NCBI GenBank assembly: GCA_964651515.1
Contig: CAZYYB010000001.1
Span: forward strand, 15,068-79,067
Direction of reading: 5' to 3'
Length of the DNA stretch: 64,000 nucleotides
Source: an uncultured Fibrobacteraceae bacterium
GTDB taxonomy: Bacteria > Fibrobacterota > Chitinivibrionia > Chitinivibrionales > Chitinispirillaceae
The notes beneath the pieces were generated by a model. That model made no database searches. It was not told where the DNA came from and saw only the letters and a list, made by a program, of their open reading frames with translations. This document shows, one piece after another, positions 45,242-57,693 of the stretch. Both the position numbers and the translations under genes were made by a program. Positions within the stretch are counted from its first letter, which is position 1. Every line of letters begins with the position of its first letter.

Positions 45242-46852
45242 ATGATAAAGCGGTCATTGACCATCGCCCTCACGGCCGCGCTGCTTGGGCTGCCGCTCTG
45301 CCGGCATGAAAAGCCGGCTTCCATGGGGCAGTCCGCGCTTCCGGCGCGCAGTGCGTCTCAAACGTCAATTTCCTCCGACACCCTGGCTCTCGGGTTTTAT
45401 AACGTGGAGAACCTCTTCGGGCTTACCGACGCCGGCAACGAGTATCCGGAGTTCCGGCCCGGTGCGGGCGGCTGGAACAAGCAGCTCTACGAAACCAAGG
45501 TCGGCCGCATCGCGTCGGTGATCGCGGCCATGCGCCTCGACGTCATCGGTCTCTCCGAAGTCCAGAACCGGGGCACGCTTGGCGACCTGCGGCGGGAGAT
45601 CGCGAAGCGGGGCGTCGACTACCCGTACAGCGCGATCGCCGACGAACCGGGCCGGCCCATCAACTGCCCGGCCCTGCTCTCGCGGTTTCCCGTCGTGGAG
45701 AGTCACGGTCTTCCCTCCCTCTCGCTGCGGCCCACCCGGAACATTCTCGAAGCCGACCTCGACTGCAACGGCGCCCGGCTGCGCGTCTACGTCAACCACT
45801 GGCCCGCCAAGTTTGAGCCCGAATCCGAGCGCGTCGCCGCGGCGCAGGCGCTTGCGCAGGCAATTTCCCGCCGCGGGGGAGGGATGCCGTATGTCATCAT
45901 CGGCGACCTGAACTCCGATTACGACGAGTGGCGGACCTTCCGGGCGCACGGATTCGACGATACGAGGGGAGTCACCGGGCTGAACAATGTTCTCGGCACC
46001 GTGCGTGCGGAGCCGGGAGGAGGATTTACCTTTGTCACGAGAGCCGATCTCTGCAACGGGCGATCGTTCCATTTCGACCCCTGGCTCGACCTGCCCCCGG
46101 ATAAGCGCATGAGCATGAGCTATCACGGCATGCCCGAGACGCCGGACCACCTCCTTTTGCCGCGCGAGCTGGTCTGCGGGTCCACGTTTACCTATTGCGA
46201 TTCCACGTTTACCGCGTTCAGGTGGGATGGGCGGCTGCTGCGAAACGGCGAACCGTTTGGCTGGCAGATGCGCGGGTTCGGCAGGCACCGCTTTTTTACC
46301 GGGGAGGGGTACTCGGACCATCTGCCGGTCTGCCTGAAGCTTGTCGAGCGCCGCGGAGCGCCTCCGGCGCCCACTCCCGGTGCGGCAGGCATCCGGCCGC
46401 CGGGCGGCCGTGCAGGGGAGAGCGACCGGGAGTGGTTGCCCGATGGGAATGAGTTCACCGTAACGCGCGAACCGGTCGGAGCCGCACCGGGCCGCCTCTG
46501 CCTGTGCGTCAAGGGAGCGGCGCCGGAGAAAAACTGCGTGGCGGCGCGGACGGTCATCCGCCTGCCGCTTCTCAACCGCTCGCGCCGAAGCAGGGTGACG
46601 TTCGACATAAAGGGCGGCGGGAAGATCCAGCTCCGCATGAAGAGCGGCCGCGGCAAGTGGCGGTTTTACACCGGGGAGGCGTTTCGGTATTATAAGTCTT
46701 CCCGGTACCTGCTCTCGCAGTTCCCGTCGTGGCGGCACGAGACGCTGCCGTTTTTAGCCGACGACCTCGCCTCTTCCGACCTCACCATCGAACTCCGGGC
46801 AGGCAAGGGGGAGCCTTTCTGCGTATGGCTGGACAGGTTTAAGGTGGAGTGA
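45242..46852 (+). CDS. Endonuclease/exonuclease/phosphatase (EEP) family lipoprotein with C-terminal extra domain
   Basis: LGFYNVENLF, GLSEVQN, VNHWPAK, IIGDLNSD, YSDHLPV. Lipobox-like LLGLPLC. Alternative start at 45203. Confidence 0.8.
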   Translation: MIKRSLTIALTAALLGLPLCRHEKPASMGQSALPARSASQTSISSDTLALGFYNVENLFGLTDAGNEYPEFRPGAGGWNKQLYETKVGRIASVIAAMRLDVIGLSEVQNRGTLGDLRREIAKRGVDYPYSAIADEPGRPINCPALLSRFPVVESHGLPSLSLRPTRNILEADLDCNGARLRVYVNHWPAKFEPESERVAAAQALAQAISRRGGGMPYVIIGDLNSDYDEWRTFRAHGFDDTRGVTGLNNVLGTVRAEPGGGFTFVTRADLCNGRSFHFDPWLDLPPDKRMSMSYHGMPETPDHLLLPRELVCGSTFTYCDSTFTAFRWDGRLLRNGEPFGWQMRGFGRHRFFTGEGYSDHLPVCLKLVERRGAPPAPTPGAAGIRPPGGRAGESDREWLPDGNEFTVTREPVGAAPGRLCLCVKGAAPEKNCVAARTVIRLPLLNRSRRSRVTFDIKGGGKIQLRMKSGRGKWRFYTGEAFRYYKSSRYLLSQFPSWRHETLPFLADDLASSDLTIELRAGKGEPFCVWLDRFKVE

Positions 46853-46887
46853 GGGGAAGCAACGTCGTTGCCATTCATGGATACTCA

Positions 46888-47008
46888 GGTAGGGGAACCT
46901 CGCTTCGCGGGTTACCCATTTTGCCCAACAGGCAAAATGGACGGATTATTATAGCTTTCAATTGCACCAGCCCCTGGTCGGAGCCGCGCAACGCGTCTCC
47001 GACACACC
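46888..47008. repeat. Dispersed intergenic element with modules A and B split by a hairpin-containing insert
   Basis: Module A GGTAGGGGAACCTCGCTTCGCGGGTTACCC, hairpin CCATTTTGCC-caaca-GGCAAAATGG, module B CCCCTGGTCGGAGCCGCGCAACGCGTCTCCGACACACC. Confidence 0.6.
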
Positions 47009-47138
47009 AATGGTTTTTAGGGGTTTCTTTTCGCAGAGGTCGCGGGGGTCCCCGCCAACGGGTGCCGGTTATGAAGCACTCCTACCACGCGCGGGTGACC
47101 CGGCTCGACCATCCAAAAGCATTTGAATTTCTATCCGC

Positions 47139-48176
47139 TTACTTCTCCAGGTAATGCACCTCGCTCAACCCCCGCAATTTATCCGCCGCAAGCTCGGCCG
47201 TGATGTCGCGCTGCGGCATGGCAAGCATCTCGTAGCCCACCATGAACTTCTGCACGGTCGCCGAGCGCAGGAGCGGCGGGTAGAAGTGGATGTGGAAGTG
47301 CCACTCGGGGTGCTCGTCGCCGTCGGTCGGCTTCTGGTGGAGGCCCATCGAGTAGGGGAAGCTCATGAGGAAGAGGTTGTCGTACCGCGCGGTGATCCGC
47401 TTCATCGCGTCGGCAAGGTCGGTGCGCGCTTTATCGTCCATGTCGGCGACGCTGCCGCGGTGGATCTTGGGAAGCAGCATCGTCTCGTAGGGCCAGACCG
47501 CCCAGAACGGAACCACGGCCGCAAAGGAGTCGTTCTCGAAGACCACGCGCTCCTTTTTCGCAAGCTCGATCGCCAGGTAGTCGCAGAGCAGGCACGACCC
47601 CTTTGATCGATGGTAGTCGGCCTGGCGGTCGCCCTCGCGCGCCGGGAGCACCGGGACCTGCTCGTCGGCCCAGATCTGCCCGTGCGGGTGGGGGTTCGAG
47701 CAGCCCATCTGGGCTCCCTTGTTTTCGAAAATCTGCACGGAGCGGATTTCATCCCGCGCTCCGAGCTCGGCGTACTGCTCTCCCCAGATGTCGATCACGC
47801 GGCGGATGGCGGGAATGCCGAGGCGCGGCATGGTGAGGTCGTGGCGCGGGGAGTAGCAGAGGACCTTGCAGATTCCCCGCTCGCTCCTGGCGACGAGAAG
47901 GTCGGATTCGTCGAGCGACTCCGGCGGGGCGTCAAGGTAGAGGGCGGCAAAATCGTTGACAAAGACGAAGGTACCGTCGTAGGCCGGGTTGACGACCCCC
48001 TCGGCCCGCCTGTTGCCGGGGCAGAGGTAGCACGAGGGATCGTAGGTGACGGTCGACGGCGGTTGCGGCGCATCGGTCTTTCCCTGCCACGGGCGTTTTG
48101 TCCGGTGCGGGGAGACGAGAATCCATTCGCCGAGGAGCGGGTTGAAGCGTCGGTGCGGGTGAGCGGTAAGGTCCAT
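47139..48176 (-). CDS. galT: Galactose-1-phosphate uridylyltransferase
   Basis: HRRFNPLLGEWILVSPHRTKRPWQG, CYLCPGN, NPHPHGQIW. Confidence 0.92.
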   Translation of the reverse strand: MDLTAHPHRRFNPLLGEWILVSPHRTKRPWQGKTDAPQPPSTVTYDPSCYLCPGNRRAEGVVNPAYDGTFVFVNDFAALYLDAPPESLDESDLLVARSERGICKVLCYSPRHDLTMPRLGIPAIRRVIDIWGEQYAELGARDEIRSVQIFENKGAQMGCSNPHPHGQIWADEQVPVLPAREGDRQADYHRSKGSCLLCDYLAIELAKKERVVFENDSFAAVVPFWAVWPYETMLLPKIHRGSVADMDDKARTDLADAMKRITARYDNLFLMSFPYSMGLHQKPTDGDEHPEWHFHIHFYPPLLRSATVQKFMVGYEMLAMPQRDITAELAADKLRGLSEVHYLEK

Positions 48177-48227
48177 GGATTATTTCTCCAGAAACAAGTT
48201 AGAATGTTAGGGAGTTCGAAGGATCCG

Positions 48228-48290
48228 GGTGGGGACAACGCTTCTTCATTGCCCCTGGCCGGAAACCGCGAAGCGCGTCCCGGACACACC
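48228..48290. repeat. Diverged copy of the dispersed element (modules A'+B)
   Basis: GGTGGGGACAACGCTTCTTCATTGCCCCTGGCCGGAAACCGCGAAGCGCGTCCCGGACACACC. Confidence 0.5.
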
Positions 48291-48650
48291 TCCGGAAGCG
48301 TTTGACTGTGCCACTATTATTCCCTTAATTGTATATTATTTGCCTGATAAATACCATTTGCCTGAGGGGAGCTTCAAGCCCGACCGAGATTCATGCCGAA
48401 TTGCAGGCGTCGGTGCCGGCCCATCGGCCTGCAGGTGCCGACGATCAGCGCAACCCCTGCCAACTCCCTTGAAATAAATAAGTTCCCGACTTAATTGAAA
48501 CCAACTTATCCCATCTCCGGCCTAATGTCCTATGAACAGAATTGTTACAATTTTGTTGCATTTGCCGTGTTTAAGGGGTACAATTACCCGGTCAGGTGAT
48601 TTGTGCTCTGCCGATATAGTAATTTATGAGGTCTGTTCCGGAGCACGATC

Positions 48651-48911
48651 ATGACAGAAGAGAAAAAGCCCGGCGGCGGCAACAATGCTCGATCCCGGCA
48701 GGATTGGCTGTGGCTTTCGACGCTCGGAATCAATCTGGTGCTCGCGAGCGCGGTCGGGGCGGTGATCGGTTACTACCTCGATAAACTGTTCAAGACGTCG
48801 CCGATTTTCATCATCGTGTTTTTTTTCATTGGGACGTTGGCGGGATTCCTGCAAATTTATAAGCAGGTGCAGAAGATGAGTAAGGACAATTCGAATGGGC
48901 CCCAAAAATAA
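48651..48911 (+). CDS. AtpZ/AtpI-family small membrane protein
   Basis: 86 aa with two TM helices. First gene of the atp operon. Confidence 0.7.
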   Translation: MTEEKKPGGGNNARSRQDWLWLSTLGINLVLASAVGAVIGYYLDKLFKTSPIFIIVFFFIGTLAGFLQIYKQVQKMSKDNSNGPQK

Positions 48912-49278
48912 TCCGGTTCCGCGGCTCATTATCGGGCTCATCCTCGCAGCGCTCGCGGCGGGTGCGGCGCTCTGGAAACTCAAGGCGGGTCACCCTCTCA
49001 CCGGGGTGGTCTGGGGTATCGGCATCTCCTATTTCGGCGTGCTGGTGTATACCCTCCTTCTCCCGAAAGGGTCGGCGGGGAAGACGCCGGTTGGCGGGTA
49101 TCTGTCCGGGGCGGTTCTGCGGTACGTGGTCATGATCGGGGTGTTCTGTTTCGCGGTTTTCATCGTCAGGATTAACGGTATCGGGCTTCTGCTCGGACTC
49201 TTTCTGGGAATGACGGCATCGACGTTCTTCTTTCTCAATAAAATGCGGCAGGGTTCAACCCCGCCGTCGGAGGGTTGA
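48895..49278 (+). CDS. atpI: ATP synthase protein I-like membrane protein
   Basis: 127 aa, 4 predicted TM helices, located immediately upstream of atpB. Confidence 0.6.
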   Translation: MGPKNNPVPRLIIGLILAALAAGAALWKLKAGHPLTGVVWGIGISYFGVLVYTLLLPKGSAGKTPVGGYLSGAVLRYVVMIGVFCFAVFIVRINGIGLLLGLFLGMTASTFFFLNKMRQGSTPPSEG

Positions 49279-49283
49279 AGGTA

Positions 49284-50066
49284 ATGTCTGATGGGGCAAT
49301 GGATTTTGACAGCATAAAGTGGCATTTTCCGCAGATCCCGCATATGCCGCACGAGTTGACCCTCCTGTATTTCTCCTGGATCGTGTGGGCGATCATCATC
49401 ATCGGCTCGGTGGTCCTTGCATCGAAGGTCGTCGGCAGGGCCAAATCCGGCCGGCCCGACAAGCCCGGCGGACTGCAGGTCGTGCTTGAAATGGCGATCG
49501 ATTATGTCTGCAACATGGCCGATGAGATCATCGGCCCCGAGGCGAAGAAGTTTTATCCCCTGTTCATGGGGCTGTTCATCTTCATCCTGGTCGGGAACCT
49601 CATCGGTTTCATTCCCGGCCTCGTTTCGCCGACCTCGGACCCGAACCTGACGTTCGGCCTTGCGGCGATGGTATTTCTTTACTTCATTTTTCTCGGGTTC
49701 AAATATAACGGCATCGGGTATCTCAAGCAGTTCAAGGGGCCCAAGCTTGCGTGGTACATGTTTCCGGTTTCGGTCCTGCTCACGGTAACGGAGGTCATCT
49801 CCTTCTTCACGCGGCCCCTGTCGCTCGGCCTGCGACTCTTCTGCAACATTTTTTCCAAGGAGCTGTTCCTGGGCATCCTTGCCCTGCTGATACTCAACTT
49901 TTTCAAGAGCTCGCTCCCTCTTGATAAGGGGCTCATGTTCGCGACGCTCCTCATGCGGCCGTTTATCATACTTCTCGGACTCATTATTGCCTTTATCCAG
50001 GCGCTGGTGTTCATGGTGCTTTCGATGTCCTATATCGCCGGTGCCGTTCACATGGAAGAACATTAA
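49284..50066 (+). CDS. atpB: F0 ATP synthase subunit a
   Basis: RPLSLGLRLFCNIFSKE (conserved Arg region). GGAGGG SD 10 nt before the ATG at 49284. The ORF-track TTG at 49275 is an alternative start. Confidence 0.9.
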   Translation: MSDGAMDFDSIKWHFPQIPHMPHELTLLYFSWIVWAIIIIGSVVLASKVVGRAKSGRPDKPGGLQVVLEMAIDYVCNMADEIIGPEAKKFYPLFMGLFIFILVGNLIGFIPGLVSPTSDPNLTFGLAAMVFLYFIFLGFKYNGIGYLKQFKGPKLAWYMFPVSVLLTVTEVISFFTRPLSLGLRLFCNIFSKELFLGILALLILNFFKSSLPLDKGLMFATLLMRPFIILLGLIIAFIQALVFMVLSMSYIAGAVHMEEH

Positions 50067-50093
50067 CCTTATCTCTATCTACGGAGGGGTCTC

Positions 50094-50444
50094 ATGACCA
50101 AAAAAGTAATGGTTCAGCTTTTCCTGCTCGCGGGAGCGGGGGTTGTTTCTGCGGCCGAAGCCGTTGCTCCGGGAAGCAGTATGGCGGCGGCATCCTATTT
50201 CGGCAGCACGCTCATCGCATCGGGCGTCGGTGTCGGCATCGCGGCCGGTGGTTGCGGTATCGGCATGGGTCTCGTCATTTCGAGCGCCATCCAGGGCATC
50301 GCCCGTCAGCCGGAGCTGCAGTCCAAGCTGAACACGCCCATGTACATCGGGTTCGCCCTCATCGAAGCCCAGGTTCTCTATGTGCTCTTCCTGGCCATGA
50401 TCTTTATTTTTGCCAACCCGTTTGCGTCGAAAGTCATTGGCTGA
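50094..50444 (+). CDS. atpE: F0 ATP synthase subunit c with N-terminal extension
   Basis: GIARQPE loop and FALIEAQV carboxylate helix. Strong SD GGAGGGG before 50094. An internal Met at 50181 would give 87 aa. Confidence 0.88.
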   Translation: MTKKVMVQLFLLAGAGVVSAAEAVAPGSSMAAASYFGSTLIASGVGVGIAAGGCGIGMGLVISSAIQGIARQPELQSKLNTPMYIGFALIEAQVLYVLFLAMIFIFANPFASKVIG

Positions 50445-50496
50445 GGTCTCTTAAAGCAAAGAAGAGCCCGATACCGATTGTCCAGAGAGGACTACT

Positions 50497-50997
50497 ATGC
50501 CTGAATTTCATTGGCAGATAATGCTTTCCCAGGTGATCACCTTCCTGATCGCCCTGGCCGTGGTGTGGAAATTCGGCTGGAAGCCGGTCATACAGATCAT
50601 CCACGATCGCCAGGAGAAGGTGCGCAAGACGCTTGAAGATGCCGAAAACACCCGCCTGTCCATTCAGAAACTCGAAGCCGAGTACCACGCGAAGCTCGAA
50701 CAGGTCGAACAGAAATCGTCCGAGCTGATCGCCCTGGCCAGGCAGGATGCCGGCCGGGTCAAGGAAGAGCTCCTGGCGGCGGCACAGGCCGAAGCCATGG
50801 AACTGCAAAAGAAGGCCCACGAGCAGGTCGAGCACGAGCGGCGCCGGATCATGGGCGAGATGCGCTCGGAGGTCGTATCGCTCTCCATGGCCATTGCCGA
50901 AAAGATGCTTGCCCAGCCCCTCTCGGGCGAGGTGCAGGAGCGGAAGTTCAATGAAATGCTGGACGAGGTTTCAAAGAGCAGGGCTCAGGAGGCGTGA
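50497..50997 (+). CDS. atpF: F0 ATP synthase subunit b
   Basis: 166 aa: N-terminal TM helix followed by a long charged helix. Confidence 0.88.
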   Translation: MPEFHWQIMLSQVITFLIALAVVWKFGWKPVIQIIHDRQEKVRKTLEDAENTRLSIQKLEAEYHAKLEQVEQKSSELIALARQDAGRVKEELLAAAQAEAMELQKKAHEQVEHERRRIMGEMRSEVVSLSMAIAEKMLAQPLSGEVQERKFNEMLDEVSKSRAQEA

Positions 50998-51539
50998 TGG
51001 GCGACGGTCTCTATGCCAGGGAGTATGCGCGGCTCTTCGACCGCCTTGCCCCCGGGGAACGGACGGATGTTCAGGAGTACCTCGCCGGGCTCGGCGCATC
51101 CGCACTTGAGCTTTCCGGGCTCAGGAATTTTCTCGATCACCCGGCAATTCCCAATGACGACAAGCTCAGGGCGCTCGAAGCGGCGGCACCGGAAAAATTC
51201 ACGCCCGTGGTGTGGCGCGTTCTGGGCGACATCCTGAAGCGGCGGATGACCCTCATTTTTCCCGCCATCGCCGAGGAGATGGAGCGCCTGACCGAGGAAG
51301 CGAACCATATCCACGTCGTCGACGTGACGAGCGCCCGGCCGCTGACGGCGGGGCACCAGGCCGAGCTGTCAGAAAAACTTGCCGCTCATCTCGGCGGTAC
51401 GGTGAAGCCGCGCTTTACGGTCGATCCCTCGCTCCTTGCCGGTCTCCTGATCAAGATCGGGGATACGATCGTGGATAATACGATCAAAACGGATCTTGAC
51501 CATCTCCGTTCGAAACTGATGACAATTTCTTCCACATAA
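50997..51539 (+). CDS. atpH: F1 ATP synthase subunit delta (OSCP)
   Basis: ~180 aa with C-terminal [19 protein letters not shown]. Start overlaps the atpF stop. Confidence 0.85.
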   Translation: MGDGLYAREYARLFDRLAPGERTDVQEYLAGLGASALELSGLRNFLDHPAIPNDDKLRALEAAAPEKFTPVVWRVLGDILKRRMTLIFPAIAEEMERLTEEANHIHVVDVTSARPLTAGHQAELSEKLAAHLGGTVKPRFTVDPSLLAGLLIKIGDTIVDNTIKTDLDHLRSKLMTISST

Positions 51540-51549
51540 GGATGACAGC

Positions 51550-53061
<1,512 letters not shown>

Positions 53062-53089
53062 CAGCTTCAACGCATAAACAGGATATCAC

Positions 53090-55382
<2,293 letters not shown>

Positions 55383-55383
<1 letters not shown>

Positions 55384-55640
55384 TGAAAACCATGCGGTGC
55401 GAGATCATCACGCCTGAAAAGGTGTTCTATCGCGATGAGCCGGAGTTCATCGTGGCCCCCGGACTCTCCGGGGAGCTCGGCATCCTGCCCGGCCACACCC
55501 GGCTCATGGCCGACCTCGTGCCCGGCAGCGTCCGCCTTTCCAAAGGGCAGGACAGGAAGCAGTTCGTCATTTCCGGCGGATTCATTGCCATCGAGCCGAC
55601 GGTGGTCAAGATTTTCGCCCCCGTGGTGAGGACCGAATAG
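55383..55640 (+). CDS. atpC: F1 ATP synthase subunit epsilon, short form (beta-sandwich only)
   Basis: 85 aa. CEIITPEKVFY...GELGILPGHTRLM...ISGGFIAIEP. No C-terminal helical hairpin. Confidence 0.88.
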
Positions 55641-55747
55641 GTCCTCGCCGGGGGGTGCAAGTATTCACGGTCTCCCTCTTTGGTCTGCTCCTCCCCGTGC
55701 CTCCGGCTGTGCAGCAATACCCTGCCTTCAAATATGTTCTTATAAAT

Positions 55748-55876
55748 GTTACTCAGGTAGGGATCAAAAACGGCGAAATTTCGCAAATATCACCACTTGA
55801 CGCGAGCTTTGAATTCGACAAAATGGCGTTTTTGGGCCAATGTGGCCATTTTCCTCTAGGGTACCTGAGTAGTAAC
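55748..55876. repeat. MITE-like 129-bp element bounded by imperfect inverted repeats
   Basis: Left arm GTTACTCAGGTAGGG versus the reverse complement of the right arm GTTACTACTCAGGTACCCTAG. Inner inverted repeat CAAAAACGGCG / TGGCGTTTTTG. Shares ACTCAGGTAGGG with 46883-46894. Confidence 0.45.
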
Positions 55877-56052
55877 TAAATATTTAAAGCGCCTGAAATC
55901 CCTCCCCCATTCCGCCCTTGTCTTTCTTCGTCTAATACGTTATCCTTATAAAGCTTAAGGTGCGGGTCCCGGCCCGGCATGCCGGACGCCGGGGCTGCGC
56001 CATCACGGTATTATTCCGGATCTTATACCACTGCAATAGAAGCGGATAGCGT

Positions 56053-56832
56053 ATGATCGATATCACCTCGGTGCTTGGACTTGCCGTAGCGTTCGGCGCG
56101 CTCATCGCCGGCATCCTCATCGAAGGCGGCAACCTGATGTCGTATATCGGGATTTCCGCCGGTATCATCATTTTCGGCGGCACCATCGGCGCAACCATGG
56201 TCAGCTTCCCGATGAGCAGCATCATGCTCGTGCCCCGCCTGCTCATCATCGCCTTTACCGAACAGAAATTTGACATCCCGGATACCATCAAGCGCCTCGT
56301 CGGGTTCTCGGAGCGGGCGCGCCGCGAGGGAATCCTCTGCCTCGAAGCGGAGCTTGCCGGAACGACCGACGATTTCCTGAAGAGCGGCCTCCAGCTCGTG
56401 ATCGACGGCACCGATCCGGCGCTGGTCCGCGATACGCTCGAAACGAAAATCGCCTTTGTGGCCGAGCGGCACCACCAGGGCGCGTCGGTCATCGAGGCGG
56501 CCGGCGGGTATGCCCCGACCATGGGCATCGTGGGCACCGTGCTCGGGCTTATCAACGTGCTTGGCAATATCAAGAACCCCAACGAACTTGCGGGCGCCAT
56601 CGCGCTCGCCTTCATCGCCACGCTCTACGGCATTGCCTCGGCAAACCTGGTCTGGCTCCCGCTCGCGGCCAAGCTCAAGGCCAAGCACGAAGTCGAACAG
56701 CTTGTCAAGCACATCATCATGGAAGGCATTCTGTCGCTCCAGTCCGGCGATAACCCGCGCATCGTGGAGCAGAAGCTCCGGGCGTTTCTGGCGAAAAGTT
56801 ACTCCAAAAATATTGCCTCCTTCACGAAATAA
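56053..56832 (+). CDS. motA: MotA-type stator/proton-channel protein
   Basis: 259 aa. PTMGIVGTVLGLINVL and FIATLYGIASANL are typical of the MotA/PomA family. Confidence 0.85.
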   Translation: MIDITSVLGLAVAFGALIAGILIEGGNLMSYIGISAGIIIFGGTIGATMVSFPMSSIMLVPRLLIIAFTEQKFDIPDTIKRLVGFSERARREGILCLEAELAGTTDDFLKSGLQLVIDGTDPALVRDTLETKIAFVAERHHQGASVIEAAGGYAPTMGIVGTVLGLINVLGNIKNPNELAGAIALAFIATLYGIASANLVWLPLAAKLKAKHEVEQLVKHIIMEGILSLQSGDNPRIVEQKLRAFLAKSYSKNIASFTK

Positions 56833-56837
56833 CCGGT

Positions 56838-57665
56838 ATGCAAAAGGGATCGCCTCCACGCGCAGAAAAGGACCGTTCCGAGCGGTGGCTGCTCACCTAC
56901 TCCGACCTGATCACGCTGCTCCTGATCTTCTTCATCGTGCTGTACTCAATGAGCAAGGTCGACGCGAAAAAATTCGAGGAGATGTCGAAATCGCTCGCCG
57001 TCACGCTCGGCGGTTCCGGTCGCGGCGGCGTGCTCGAACAGGGCCGCTCCCTCATCCCCGGCGACAAGGTGTACAAGGAGCGCCTCGAAATGCAGAATAC
57101 CGAGGAGCGTATCAGGCGCATGATCGCAGCCATGGGGCTCGAAGGCAAGATCTCCACCATGCTGTCCAACCGCGGACTCGTGATCAGCGTCAAGGATACC
57201 GTGCTCTTCCCGGTCGGCGCGGTGGACCTGACGCCGGGCGCACAGCAGATGATGATGAGCGTGGCGAATATCCTTGCCGATATGCCGAACGCCATCCGGA
57301 TCGAGGGGCATACCGATACGGTCCCGATCCATACCGCGCGATTCTACTCGAACTGGGAACTCTCCACGACCCGTGCCACCAATGTTTTGCAGTTCCTGAT
57401 CCAGAGTGCGGGACTCCCTCCCCAGCGTCTCTCCGCCGCTGGCTACGGCGAGTATAAACCCGCGGTTCCCAACACGAGCGACCGTAACCGCGCCTTGAAC
57501 CGACGCGTCGACATCGTGCTCCTGTCGAGCGCCTACAACCAGTTCGAGCCCGGGAACGACAGCGCCGTCCGCTCCTCCGCGGCGGCGACCGACAGCACGA
57601 AAAAAGCGGATTCCACGCTCACCCTCAACGCACCGGCGCCCCCGGATTCTGCGGCGCGGAATTGA
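56838..57665 (+). CDS. motB: MotB-type stator protein with OmpA-like domain
   Basis: RWLLTYSDLITLLLIFFIVLYSMS plug/TM with conserved Asp; C-terminal NRALNRRVDIVL. Confidence 0.85.
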   Translation: MQKGSPPRAEKDRSERWLLTYSDLITLLLIFFIVLYSMSKVDAKKFEEMSKSLAVTLGGSGRGGVLEQGRSLIPGDKVYKERLEMQNTEERIRRMIAAMGLEGKISTMLSNRGLVISVKDTVLFPVGAVDLTPGAQQMMMSVANILADMPNAIRIEGHTDTVPIHTARFYSNWELSTTRATNVLQFLIQSAGLPPQRLSAAGYGEYKPAVPNTSDRNRALNRRVDIVLLSSAYNQFEPGNDSAVRSSAAATDSTKKADSTLTLNAPAPPDSAARN

Positions 57666-57693
57666 AGCGACGGCATCGGCTTCGCTGCACCCT

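Noticed and set aside
50094-50444. Na+-coupled c-ring.
   Set aside because: The ion-binding Glu is followed by Ala (IEAQ), not the Ser/Thr of Na+-binding signatures.
56053-57665. MotA/MotB pair as a Zorya-type (ZorAB) defence module.
   Set aside because: The MotA homologue is 259 aa without the long ZorA tail. No ZorC/D/E-like genes are adjacent, and it is followed by a PilZ protein.
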